The notes beneath the pieces are model-generated. The model was not told the origin of the DNA. It was given only the letters and a program-made list of their open reading frames with translations, and did no database searches. 64,000 nt of DNA from Alkalispirochaeta sp. Lineage in GTDB: Bacteria > Spirochaetota > Spirochaetia > DSM-27196 > Alkalispirochaetaceae. A program made the translations under genes and the position numbers. The DNA lies in assembly GCA_965601925.1 (NCBI GenBank), contig OZ271854.1, positions 1,696,001 to 1,760,000 of the forward strand, read 5' to 3'. This document shows, in pieces, positions 30,418 through 39,150 of this stretch. Each line of letters opens with the position of its first letter. Position 1 is the stretch's first letter.

Positions 30418-32553
30418 ATGCATCGAAAACACCTCTTTGATCGCATCAACGTCGTATTGGTTCTCGCAATACTCGTGCTGCTGAATTTCGTAAGCGGAAA
30501 CAGCTACCTGCGGCTCGATCTCACCCGCGACAACGCCTACAGTCTGTCGCGCATCAGTAGCGAGACGTTGGCTCTGCTGGAAGACCCGCTGCGCGTCCGA
30601 GTGCTGTACACCGCCGAAGTGCCTGCACCCTACAATGGTGTGCGCCAATATCTCATAGATATGTTGCGCGAGTTCGACGCCGCCGAGGACGAGTTTTTCA
30701 GCTTCGAAATCATCGATCCTTCCACGCCGGAGGGTCGGCTCGAGGCGCAACAGTACGGATTGCAGCAAGTCGAGATACAGGAGATTCGCTCGGACGAGTT
30801 TCAGGCGCGCGCCATATATACCGGAGCGGTCGTCCTGTACGGCAACGTCGTGGAGCGTGTCGATCTGCTCGACCGGACCGACGGGTTGGAGTACCGTCTT
30901 ACGACCGCCATTCGCTCCGCCGTCACCCAAGTCGATGCCCTTTCGGGTACGAGCGAGGAGGTCTCTCTCCAGGTATTCGCCTCTCCCGGACTGGAAGAGC
31001 TCGGTATCCAGGGGTTTGCCGAGCTGGAGACGCAGATGATCGCGATCCACGATCGGATCAACGGCGACAATTACGACAGAATCGAATTCGCCTACGTTGA
31101 GCCGGCGACCCCGGATGAGATCGATGCGCTCGGCCGGGAGTACGATCTCCAACCACTGCGCTGGACCGGTCGCGACGGTAGCGAGCAACGCGGCCTTTTC
31201 GAAGTCGTCCTACGGTATCGAGATCGCATCGAAAGAATTCCGATCCAGATTTTCACCGGGCTCTTTGGCGGATACTCGCTGGACGATCCGGCCAACATCG
31301 AGGAGTCGATTCGTCAAGGATTGCGATCTCTCGTCGCGGCCAATCCTCGCGTCGCCTACAGCGTTGGAAACGGGGAGAAGCGCCTCGACGACTTTCAACG
31401 CGGGGCCGGGCCATTCGCGCTGCTTGCCGAGGAGCGTTACGAGCTCGTACCGGTGAATCTCGCCGAGGAAGCGGTGCCCGCAGGGATAGATACCTTGATC
31501 ATCAACGGACCTACCGGTCTCTACGACGAGATCACGCTCTACAGAATCGATCAATTCGTCATGAACGGCGGATCGCTTTTCGTCCTCTTGGATCGCCACG
31601 TGCAAGAGATTCCGACGCAACAGGAGATGTTCGCCGGAGCGCAGCCGACGTGGGAGCCGATCGAAACGGGTCTGGAGACGCTCTTGAGCCATTGGGGTGC
31701 CGACGTCACCGACCGAATCGTCTTAGACGAGGAGAGTTTTGTATCGCGCCAGGGTAACCAGCAGCAGCAACTCTTTCAGGTGCCGATCATCAGTGGCGAG
31801 GGTGTCAATCTTGACTCGGTAGTTACGTCCGGGCTCGAAGACGTGATCGTCCTCAACGCGGCGGAGATCCTTCCGAGTCGCCGATCGAGCGACGGAGCGA
31901 ACGGCGGCGCCGGTGAACCGACTCTTGAAAACGCCGACGAAACGGCGGGAACGACGTATAACGCGCTCCTGCAAACATCACCTGCGAGTTGGACGGTCGA
32001 TAGTCCCTCGGCGGTGGGGCCGTGGCTTCAGGGTGCACCGCCGTCTGCCGATACGGTTCGGCGAGACGTTGCGGTTCTTCTCGACGGCACATTTGCGAGC
32101 TACTTCGACGGTCCGGTGGAGATCGCCCTTCCGGGTCTCGACGGTCAAAGTGGTTCCGACTCGGTCGGCGAGCTTGCGACCGACGGCATCGATGTGTTCA
32201 CCGATCGCCACCGCACGTCCTCTATCGGCGAGGCGCGCGTGATCGTGGTAAGTGCCGCGGCGCTCACGACACCACAGATGCTCGACCCGCAGAGTAGAAC
32301 GCCCAACGGAACATTTTTGATGAATGCGATCGACTATCTGAACGGGTCGCCGGGCTTTGCCGAGCTTCGCAGCAAGGGAATCGGCGTGCCGCGTCTGAGT
32401 GTCGCCTCCCCGGCGGCGCGCATCGCCGCACGGTGGATCAATACGATCCTCGTTCCGGTGTCGGTGGTCGTCATGGGGAGCGTGGTGTGGGCGCGGCGGC
32501 GCGTTCGTTCCCGGCGCATTCGAGCCATATTTGATACGAAAACCGAGGTATAA
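30418..32553 (+). CDS. GldG-like ABC auxiliary periplasmic component
   Basis: N-terminal TM, RLDLTRDNAYSLS, LEYRLT, IDQFVMNGG, NAIDYL...LRSK, C-terminal TM. Confidence 0.85.
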   Translation: MHRKHLFDRINVVLVLAILVLLNFVSGNSYLRLDLTRDNAYSLSRISSETLALLEDPLRVRVLYTAEVPAPYNGVRQYLIDMLREFDAAEDEFFSFEIIDPSTPEGRLEAQQYGLQQVEIQEIRSDEFQARAIYTGAVVLYGNVVERVDLLDRTDGLEYRLTTAIRSAVTQVDALSGTSEEVSLQVFASPGLEELGIQGFAELETQMIAIHDRINGDNYDRIEFAYVEPATPDEIDALGREYDLQPLRWTGRDGSEQRGLFEVVLRYRDRIERIPIQIFTGLFGGYSLDDPANIEESIRQGLRSLVAANPRVAYSVGNGEKRLDDFQRGAGPFALLAEERYELVPVNLAEEAVPAGIDTLIINGPTGLYDEITLYRIDQFVMNGGSLFVLLDRHVQEIPTQQEMFAGAQPTWEPIETGLETLLSHWGADVTDRIVLDEESFVSRQGNQQQQLFQVPIISGEGVNLDSVVTSGLEDVIVLNAAEILPSRRSSDGANGGAGEPTLENADETAGTTYNALLQTSPASWTVDSPSAVGPWLQGAPPSADTVRRDVAVLLDGTFASYFDGPVEIALPGLDGQSGSDSVGELATDGIDVFTDRHRTSSIGEARVIVVSAAALTTPQMLDPQSRTPNGTFLMNAIDYLNGSPGFAELRSKGIGVPRLSVASPAARIAARWINTILVPVSVVVMGSVVWARRRVRSRRIRAIFDTKTEV

Positions 32554-32555
32554 CG

Positions 32556-33515
32556 ATGACGATACGGGCAATACCCAAGAAAACGCTTGTGTTCGCCGCA
32601 TTGGCGCTCCTCCTGACGCTCATACTGGTGCTTCAAGAGACGGTACACCCGCGGCGCAATACGATACCCGTTCCGGCACTTCCCGACGATATCGACCGCG
32701 TCACGATCGAAGACGGCGCGCGCTCGCTCAATGTATATCGCGACGGCGACACGTGGGTCGTCGGCGACGAGCGTTATCCCGGCGACGATGAGCCGGTAGT
32801 CGGGCTTATCGAGGCGGTTCGGGCGATCGAGGACGCCGACGTTATCAGCTCTCGCGGTAACTATGAGGATTACGGGTTCGGCGAGAGCGACGGGAGAGCG
32901 GTGCGGTTTTTTTCCGGCTCCGAGGAACCGCTGTCGATCCGGTTCGGTGAGGCTGCCTCGGCGGGGAGTCATGTGTACGCACGAGTCAATACGAGTCGCG
33001 AAGTCGTAATGCTGCCGCGCGCAATTGCCGACTTGCTATCGACGGATCCCGCTGATTTTCGCGAGCGCGTGATGGCGAGCATCGCCGAGGACGACGTCGT
33101 TAGAATCGCGATCGAGGCGCCCGAACACGGAGACGTCACGATCCAGCGCGTGCGACCCGGCGACAGCGATGAGGCTGTCGACGAAGACGACGCGGTTTGG
33201 GAGGCCGACTTGGACGAGGAGATCGCTTTAGGACGCTTTCAGAATCTTTTTCAGGAGCTCGCATCGCTGGAGGCTCAGGGTTTCCCCGAAGGCGACCGGG
33301 ACGGAGAACCGTTCGCGACTCTACGCGTCGACACCGCAGCGGGCGGCCCGATCGAGGTTGCGCTCTGGGCGCCGGACGAGGCGCGAAGCTTTCCGGTCCG
33401 CGTAAGCACAAGCGATTATGACTTCTTTGTTCCCGAGTGGCGGGCCAGGCGGCTCCTGTTGGGGTTGGAGCGGTATTTCACACCCTTTGACGAAGAACCC
33501 GAGCCCGGCGTATAA
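32556..33515 (+). CDS. DUF4340-like membrane-anchored periplasmic protein
   Basis: N-terminal TM, 'DYGF', position after a GldG-like gene, DPADFRER. Confidence 0.7.
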   Translation: MTIRAIPKKTLVFAALALLLTLILVLQETVHPRRNTIPVPALPDDIDRVTIEDGARSLNVYRDGDTWVVGDERYPGDDEPVVGLIEAVRAIEDADVISSRGNYEDYGFGESDGRAVRFFSGSEEPLSIRFGEAASAGSHVYARVNTSREVVMLPRAIADLLSTDPADFRERVMASIAEDDVVRIAIEAPEHGDVTIQRVRPGDSDEAVDEDDAVWEADLDEEIALGRFQNLFQELASLEAQGFPEGDRDGEPFATLRVDTAAGGPIEVALWAPDEARSFPVRVSTSDYDFFVPEWRARRLLLGLERYFTPFDEEPEPGV

Positions 33516-33545
33516 GCGCACCTTTTTTACGATAGCTGAACGCAC

Positions 33546-34862
33546 TCATCGATCGGCGCGGCGGACGAGTTCGTCCGCGCACCGAGTCGCTTCCGCGATA
33601 ATCTCCGCCTCGTCGCGGACGGCGCGATCCTCCATCACGATTCTGCCCGCGATGATCACCGTCTCGACTAACGAACCGTTCGCGGCGTAAGCGAGATTGC
33701 TTTCGATGTTATGCACCGGACGCACTTGGGGATGGTTGAGATCCACGACGATAAGATCGGCGGGCGAACCCTCGAATAGGTGGCCTCCGACCCCCCACGG
33801 TGAAAAGGCGTCGCTGTACTCACCGACCGCGAGGTTGACGACCGATGACGCGTCCAGGCGCGTCGAGTCGCCGAAATGGTGCTTTTGTAGGAGAGAGGCG
33901 AGTTTCATCTCCTCGAACATGTCGAGATTGTTGTTGCTTGCCACGCCGTCGGGGGCGAGCATCATCGGTATGCCGGCATCACGCAACGCCTTCCAGTCGA
34001 GTGCGCCCGAGGCGAGCTTCATATTGCTTGCCGGGTTGTACGCGATCGTCATACCACTCTCGGCGACGATCGCGCGCTCCGATGAGTCGAGCCACACTCC
34101 GTGCGCCGCGATGGATCGCGCACCGATGCGCTCGACGACGCCTAACGAGTCCAGCCACTGAAATGGCCGCATGCCGTGCGTTTCAAGGCACTCCGCGACC
34201 TCTCGTTCGGTTTCCGACATATGAATGTGAAACGCAAGCCCGCACTCTTGTGCACGCGTAGCGGCCCACGCGAGAAGCTCGCCGCTGCACGTGTAGATGC
34301 TGTGGGGCGCGATCGTCGCGAATATCGTGCCGTCGGAGCGCTCGTCTCCCAGTTCTTCGAGGAGACGGTCGACTGCGGCCATCGTCTCGCGGCGCCGCGT
34401 CGCATCGTCGAAGTCGAACAGGGCCAGACCGACTGCGGCGCGAAGGCCCGCGTCTGCGAACGCTTGCCATACTTGCGGCGCGCCGAAGTACATATCGTTG
34501 GCGAAGGTCGTTCCGCTCCGTATCATTTCCAGCGCCGCAAGTCGCGTTCCCCAATAAAAATCCTCACTCGCAAGGAGCCGCTCCGCCGGCCAGATTCGAT
34601 TCTGTAGCCACTCCTGCAAGTGCAAGTCGTCGCCGTATCCCCGGAGCAGCGTCATCGCGGCGTGGGTATGCCCGTTTTTCAGCCCCGCGAGAACGGCCCG
34701 GTTTTTCCCGCTTATGACGGTGGGTGCGCCGCTCGCGGCGGCGTCGAGCGCCCCGGTCGATGCGATGCGTTCGACGCGCCCTCCACGTATCAGTACATCG
34801 CGGTCTCGAAGTATACCGTCGCGGGTCAGTAAAAACGAGATGTCGCGTATAATGATATCCAT
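33546..34862 (-). CDS. mtaD: Amidohydrolase, MTA/SAH deaminase (MtaD/DadD)-like
   Basis: NGHTHAAMTLLRG, WLQNRIWPAE, EMIRSGTT, APHSIYT, HIHMSET, NPASNMKLASG, DGVASNNNLDMFEE. Confidence 0.8.
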   Translation of the reverse strand: MDIIIRDISFLLTRDGILRDRDVLIRGGRVERIASTGALDAAASGAPTVISGKNRAVLAGLKNGHTHAAMTLLRGYGDDLHLQEWLQNRIWPAERLLASEDFYWGTRLAALEMIRSGTTFANDMYFGAPQVWQAFADAGLRAAVGLALFDFDDATRRRETMAAVDRLLEELGDERSDGTIFATIAPHSIYTCSGELLAWAATRAQECGLAFHIHMSETEREVAECLETHGMRPFQWLDSLGVVERIGARSIAAHGVWLDSSERAIVAESGMTIAYNPASNMKLASGALDWKALRDAGIPMMLAPDGVASNNNLDMFEEMKLASLLQKHHFGDSTRLDASSVVNLAVGEYSDAFSPWGVGGHLFEGSPADLIVVDLNHPQVRPVHNIESNLAYAANGSLVETVIIAGRIVMEDRAVRDEAEIIAEATRCADELVRRADR

Positions 34863-34868
34863 AGAGGG

Positions 34869-34898
34869 ATTGTATCACCGCCCACAGCGCGCTACCAT
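34869..34898. promoter_or_regulatory. Overlapping divergent promoters (mtaD / epimerase)
   Basis: Plus strand TTGTAT-17-TACCAT-9nt-ATG; minus strand TGaTACAAT-6nt-ATG. Confidence 0.6.
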
Positions 34899-34907
34899 GC
34901 CGGTCAT

Positions 34908-35897
34908 ATGAACATCATGATCACCGGCGTCGCCGGCTTTATCGGATCGAACTTAGCCGAACGCTTGGTCGAAGATGGGCACCTCGTCTACGGCATCGAT
35001 AACTTCGACCCGTACTACGATCGTCACATAAAAGAGCGTAATCTTTCCACCGTTATGAAGCGCACCGGCTTTCGATTTCACGAGGCTGATCTGCGCGACC
35101 CGCACACGCTGGCCGCGGTATTCGGCAACGCGGCCGAGGCCGACCACTCGATCGACGTCGTCGTCCATTTGGCTGCCAAGGCGGGGGTTCGACCGAGTAT
35201 CGAAGACCCTCAGTCGTATACAGTCGTGAACGTCGAAGGGACGGTCAATCTCCTCGAGGCGATGGTTGCAAGCGACGTACGCGACATGTTGTTTGCGTCG
35301 AGTTCATCGGTCTACGGCAACACGAAAGAGGTGCCGTTTCGCGAGGACGCGTGGGTCGACCATCCGATATCGCCCTACGCCGCCACGAAAAAGTCGTGCG
35401 AGCTCTTGTGTCACTCCTACAGTCACCTACACGGCATGCGCATCAGTGCGTTGCGCTTTTTTACGGTGTACGGACCGCGTCAACGACCCGATCTGGCGAT
35501 CGCCAAGTTCACCCGCCTCATCGAAGAGGGTCGACCGATTCCCGTATACGGCGACGGAAGTACGTGTCGGGACTACACCTACGTCGACGATACGATCGAC
35601 GGCATTGTCGGAAGTTTGTCGTGGCTTCGCGAACAGGAGTCGGGAGCGTGGGGTGTATTTAACTTGGGCGAGAGCAAAACGATCTCGCTTTCGACGTTAA
35701 TTTCGTCCCTCGAGGCGGCGCTTGGCAAACGAGCGGTCATCGACCGGCAGCCGATGCAACCCGGCGACGTCGATCGGACGTGGGCGGATATCTCGCGCGC
35801 CCATGACGCTTTTGGTTACGAGCCCTCCACCGAGTTGGAGGATGGACTTACACAATACGTTGAGTGGTATCGCAGGACCACTCGCGCGGAGGAATAA
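34908..35897 (+). CDS. NAD-dependent epimerase (UDP-glucuronate 4-epimerase-like)
   Basis: TGVAGFIG, HLAAKAGVRPS, ASSSSVYG, YAATK, RFFTVYGPRQRPD, QPGDV. Confidence 0.9.
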   Translation: MNIMITGVAGFIGSNLAERLVEDGHLVYGIDNFDPYYDRHIKERNLSTVMKRTGFRFHEADLRDPHTLAAVFGNAAEADHSIDVVVHLAAKAGVRPSIEDPQSYTVVNVEGTVNLLEAMVASDVRDMLFASSSSVYGNTKEVPFREDAWVDHPISPYAATKKSCELLCHSYSHLHGMRISALRFFTVYGPRQRPDLAIAKFTRLIEEGRPIPVYGDGSTCRDYTYVDDTIDGIVGSLSWLREQESGAWGVFNLGESKTISLSTLISSLEAALGKRAVIDRQPMQPGDVDRTWADISRAHDAFGYEPSTELEDGLTQYVEWYRRTTRAEE

Positions 35898-35902
35898 TAC
35901 TC

Positions 35903-37288
35903 ATGGCAAAAAGAATCACCGTACTCGGCACCGGGTACGTTGGGCTGGTAAGCTCGGTCGGGCTCGCCGACTTCGGAAATTCGGTCACCGGAGTGGACCT
36001 CCGCGCCGACATCGTGGACACGCTCAATCAAGGTCGACCTACGATTTACGAAATCGGTCTGGAGGATTATCTCCAGCGCAATCTCGACTCAGGTCGCCTG
36101 ACGTTCACGACCGACGGCGATACGGCGATAAAAGAGGCGGATATTGTGTTCTTTGCCGTCGGTACGCCGCCGAAAGAGGACGGCCACGCCGACCTCTCGC
36201 AAGTGGAGGCGGCCTCGCGGCAGGTCGCCGCTAACCTCAACGGGTATAAGGTGATCGTCACCAAAAGCACCGTCCCGGTCGGTACCAATCGGCGCATCCG
36301 CGACATCATCAGTGAGGCGAGCGGTAAGAAGCCGGGGGAGCACTTCTCCGTAGTGAGTAATCCCGAGTTCCTGCGGGAAGGGAAGGCCGTACAAGATTTC
36401 TTTCACCCCGATCGCGTCGTAATCGGGTGCGAGGGTGAGCGCGCGCGCGACTACATGGAAGATATCTACCGCGCCCTCTATCTCATTCAAACACCCTTCG
36501 TATGGTGTAACTTGGAGACGGCCGAGCTCATCAAATATGCGAGCAATGCCTTTCTGGCTACCAAAATTACCTTTATCAACCAGATGGCTAATTTGGCCGA
36601 GGCGGCCGGTGCGGATATCCATTTGGTCGCTCGAAGCATGGGCATGGACGGGCGCATCAGTCCAAAGTTTCTCCACCCCGGGCCGGGATACGGCGGGAGT
36701 TGCTTTCCCAAGGATACGAAGGCGATTGTCGCCACCGGGGACGAACGCGACGTCGACATGAGCGTTATTAAGGCGGTCATCGATGCCAATAAGCGCCAGA
36801 AGAAGATCACCGCGGAGAAGATGGTGAAGCTCATGGGGGGGAACGTCGACGGGAAGACCGTCGCGGTCCTGGGCCTTGCATTCAAGGCGGAGACCGACGA
36901 TGTGCGCGAGAGCCCGGCCATCGATATCGTCCAGGAGCTCTTGAGAAAAGGTGCGCACATTCGCGCATTCGACCCCGAGGCGATGGACAACTTCCGTTCA
37001 GCAGTCGTCGGCGAAGGTCCCTTCGGCGGTGACCTCGATCCGGCATTGCGCGACGAGATTGCCACCGCGGCGTTGGAACGTCTCGAGTACTGTAGCGACG
37101 AGTTTTCCGCCCTTCAGGAGGCGGACGCGCTCATCATCGTTACGGAGTGGAACGCTTTTCGAAATCTCAATCTCGATCGAGTCGTATCGCTCATGAGAGG
37201 GAAGACTATTTTCGACGCCCGCAACGTCCTCGATCCCGAGACGACACGCGGCTACGGATTTACGTACGCCGGCGTCGGGCGCGGATAA
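35903..37288 (+). CDS. ugd: UDP-glucose 6-dehydrogenase
   Basis: GTGYVG, AVGTP, KSTVPVG, SNPEFLREG, GYGGSCFPKD, GLAFK..TDDVRES. Confidence 0.94.
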   Translation: MAKRITVLGTGYVGLVSSVGLADFGNSVTGVDLRADIVDTLNQGRPTIYEIGLEDYLQRNLDSGRLTFTTDGDTAIKEADIVFFAVGTPPKEDGHADLSQVEAASRQVAANLNGYKVIVTKSTVPVGTNRRIRDIISEASGKKPGEHFSVVSNPEFLREGKAVQDFFHPDRVVIGCEGERARDYMEDIYRALYLIQTPFVWCNLETAELIKYASNAFLATKITFINQMANLAEAAGADIHLVARSMGMDGRISPKFLHPGPGYGGSCFPKDTKAIVATGDERDVDMSVIKAVIDANKRQKKITAEKMVKLMGGNVDGKTVAVLGLAFKAETDDVRESPAIDIVQELLRKGAHIRAFDPEAMDNFRSAVVGEGPFGGDLDPALRDEIATAALERLEYCSDEFSALQEADALIIVTEWNAFRNLNLDRVVSLMRGKTIFDARNVLDPETTRGYGFTYAGVGRG

Positions 37289-37355
37289 CAAGCTCTCGGG
37301 ACCGTGCCGCGGGGACTCGCGCCGCAAGCGAGCGGTGGAGGCGCGCGACGCTTCG

Positions 37356-38288
37356 TCAGCGTAGGTCTAAAAACTCGTCCGCCCGTACGAACGGTACGTG
37401 GCGGCACAGTTGCTCGAGGCGTTCCCCGGTGCGGTGAAGATTCACATAGTGTCGGAACGCGTAGCTGCGTCGGATACCCCGCACTCTGGGCTGGCCGGGG
37501 TCCACTTCCCACGGATGGAGATAGAATGTGCCTCCACCGCACCGTGAGAGCGATCGACGAAATCCCGATACGAAGAGTCGCGGCGGATAGAGGCGAAACC
37601 ACCCCCCGCCGCCCCACGGCACCGGTCGCCGTCCGATCCATACGGTCGTAATGGGCAGCTCGACGAGTCCGTTTGCGAGGGGAATCGAGGCGGCCGACGC
37701 TCCGGTGGCGGCGGCGCCTTCCGTCCCCGCCGGCCGGGCCATGTGGCGCCGCATATCGATCCGGCCGTATCGATCGTGGCCGGCGGCGGGAAACCAACTC
37801 GAATCGTACCGATACCCCGCTTGTGCCAGCGCGTCGAGCGCCTCGTCGGTAATCGAAAAACTCGGCGCACGATACCCTAAAACGGGTACACCGCTAATAT
37901 CTTCCAAGAGGTGCTTTGCCCGCACGATGTCGTCTCGAAACTCCGGCAGAGGCTGTTCGTAGATCAGTCGATGGTCGTAGCCGTGGCTTGCAATCTCATG
38001 ACCGCGAGTTGCGATTTCGCGAATGAGTGTCGGCTCGCGTTCGGCTATCCATCCGAGGCAAAAAAAGGTTCCACGTACACCCGTGCGTTCCAGGATATCC
38101 AAAATGCGATGCGTGTTGGCGACCACGCGTCGCGGCTGCGCGTCCCACGTATCGCGAGGTATCGCTCCTTTGAGGTTCTCTACTTGAAACCAGTCCTCGA
38201 CGTCGATGGACATCACCGCACGGGAGAGTCCGGGCGAGAGAGTGTGTCGATTCGACGGCAAACCCGCCGAGGGTTGATGGTCGGTCAC
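37356..38288 (-). CDS. Polysaccharide deacetylase (XrtA/PEP-CTERM-locus type, DUF3473)
   Basis: SIDVEDWFQ, GHEIASHGYDH, GYRAPSFS, YDSS, GGGWFRL, YLHPWEVDPGQP. Confidence 0.9.
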   Translation of the reverse strand: MTDHQPSAGLPSNRHTLSPGLSRAVMSIDVEDWFQVENLKGAIPRDTWDAQPRRVVANTHRILDILERTGVRGTFFCLGWIAEREPTLIREIATRGHEIASHGYDHRLIYEQPLPEFRDDIVRAKHLLEDISGVPVLGYRAPSFSITDEALDALAQAGYRYDSSWFPAAGHDRYGRIDMRRHMARPAGTEGAAATGASAASIPLANGLVELPITTVWIGRRPVPWGGGGWFRLYPPRLFVSGFRRSLSRCGGGTFYLHPWEVDPGQPRVRGIRRSYAFRHYVNLHRTGERLEQLCRHVPFVRADEFLDLR

Positions 38289-39148
38289 AGGAGTCTCCGC
38301 CCTCGTCGTCGGAACTCGCGCGCCTCCTCGCGCGTGGGCCAGGTGAAGTAGCTCCCCTCTTCATCCGGGAGCGGACTCGTCTCGACACCGGCGTCAACGA
38401 TACGGGTGAGGAGCGCCCACAGCGCTGCGGCCGACCGTATCTTGGTGGTACGCATGAGCTCCTCCAGACTCATTTCGGGAGTAATCGGCGTCACCTCTCG
38501 GACGAGAATGTCGCCGTGATCGAGATCCTCGACCATCCGGTGGATGGTGAGCACACTGCGTGTCTCTCCGTGGTAGAGTTGCCAAAAGTTGGGGAGCATT
38601 CCGCGATAGTGAGGGAGCGGCGCATTGTGCAGATTTATGCACCCCAACGGCGGCGTCGAGAGTACCTCCGCTTTGAATATTTGACTTGCGGACACCGACA
38701 CGACGAGATCGACCTTTTGATCGCGGAGAAATGTGCGAAACGCTTCGCCGTTTGCATCGTTTGGACGCGTGGTCCCGTGTTCAGGACTCGGCGGAAACGA
38801 GAGGAGCGGGACGTTCGCGCTCTTGCAGTACGCAGCCACCGTCGGCGCGAAGGGCCCCAGGAGGCGGAGCGCTTTTTTCCGCACATAGCGCGCGCCGACG
38901 CGCAAAAATCCAACCGTTCCGTAGAGCGACCAGATCCGTTTGGCGAGGCCGCGGGACGTACGATTTCCAAGGGCTTGCTGAATCATTACACCTTTGACCG
39001 CCACCGGCGCGGCTCCGGAATGCTCATCGATCGACGCGCGATATAGCCGAAAGAACTCGCGAAAAAAGAGCGGTATGTAGAAGGGGTCTTCCTGCGTGAC
39101 GATCGCGATGCGGATCGTGCGACGCTCCGCCGGTACGGCGTATCTCAC
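38285..39148 (-). CDS. Formyltransferase-family protein (sugar N-formyltransferase-like)
   Basis: INLHNAPLPHYRG..PNFW, TIHRM...LDHGDI. GTG start 39148, 2 nt after the upstream stop. Confidence 0.82.
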   Translation of the reverse strand: MRYAVPAERRTIRIAIVTQEDPFYIPLFFREFFRLYRASIDEHSGAAPVAVKGVMIQQALGNRTSRGLAKRIWSLYGTVGFLRVGARYVRKKALRLLGPFAPTVAAYCKSANVPLLSFPPSPEHGTTRPNDANGEAFRTFLRDQKVDLVVSVSASQIFKAEVLSTPPLGCINLHNAPLPHYRGMLPNFWQLYHGETRSVLTIHRMVEDLDHGDILVREVTPITPEMSLEELMRTTKIRSAAALWALLTRIVDAGVETSPLPDEEGSYFTWPTREEAREFRRRGRRLL

Positions 39149-39150
39149 CC

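Noticed and set aside
28704..33515. Gliding motility system
   Set aside because: No GldJ-N or T9SS genes are in the window, and GldAFG-like ABC modules occur in non-gliding bacteria.
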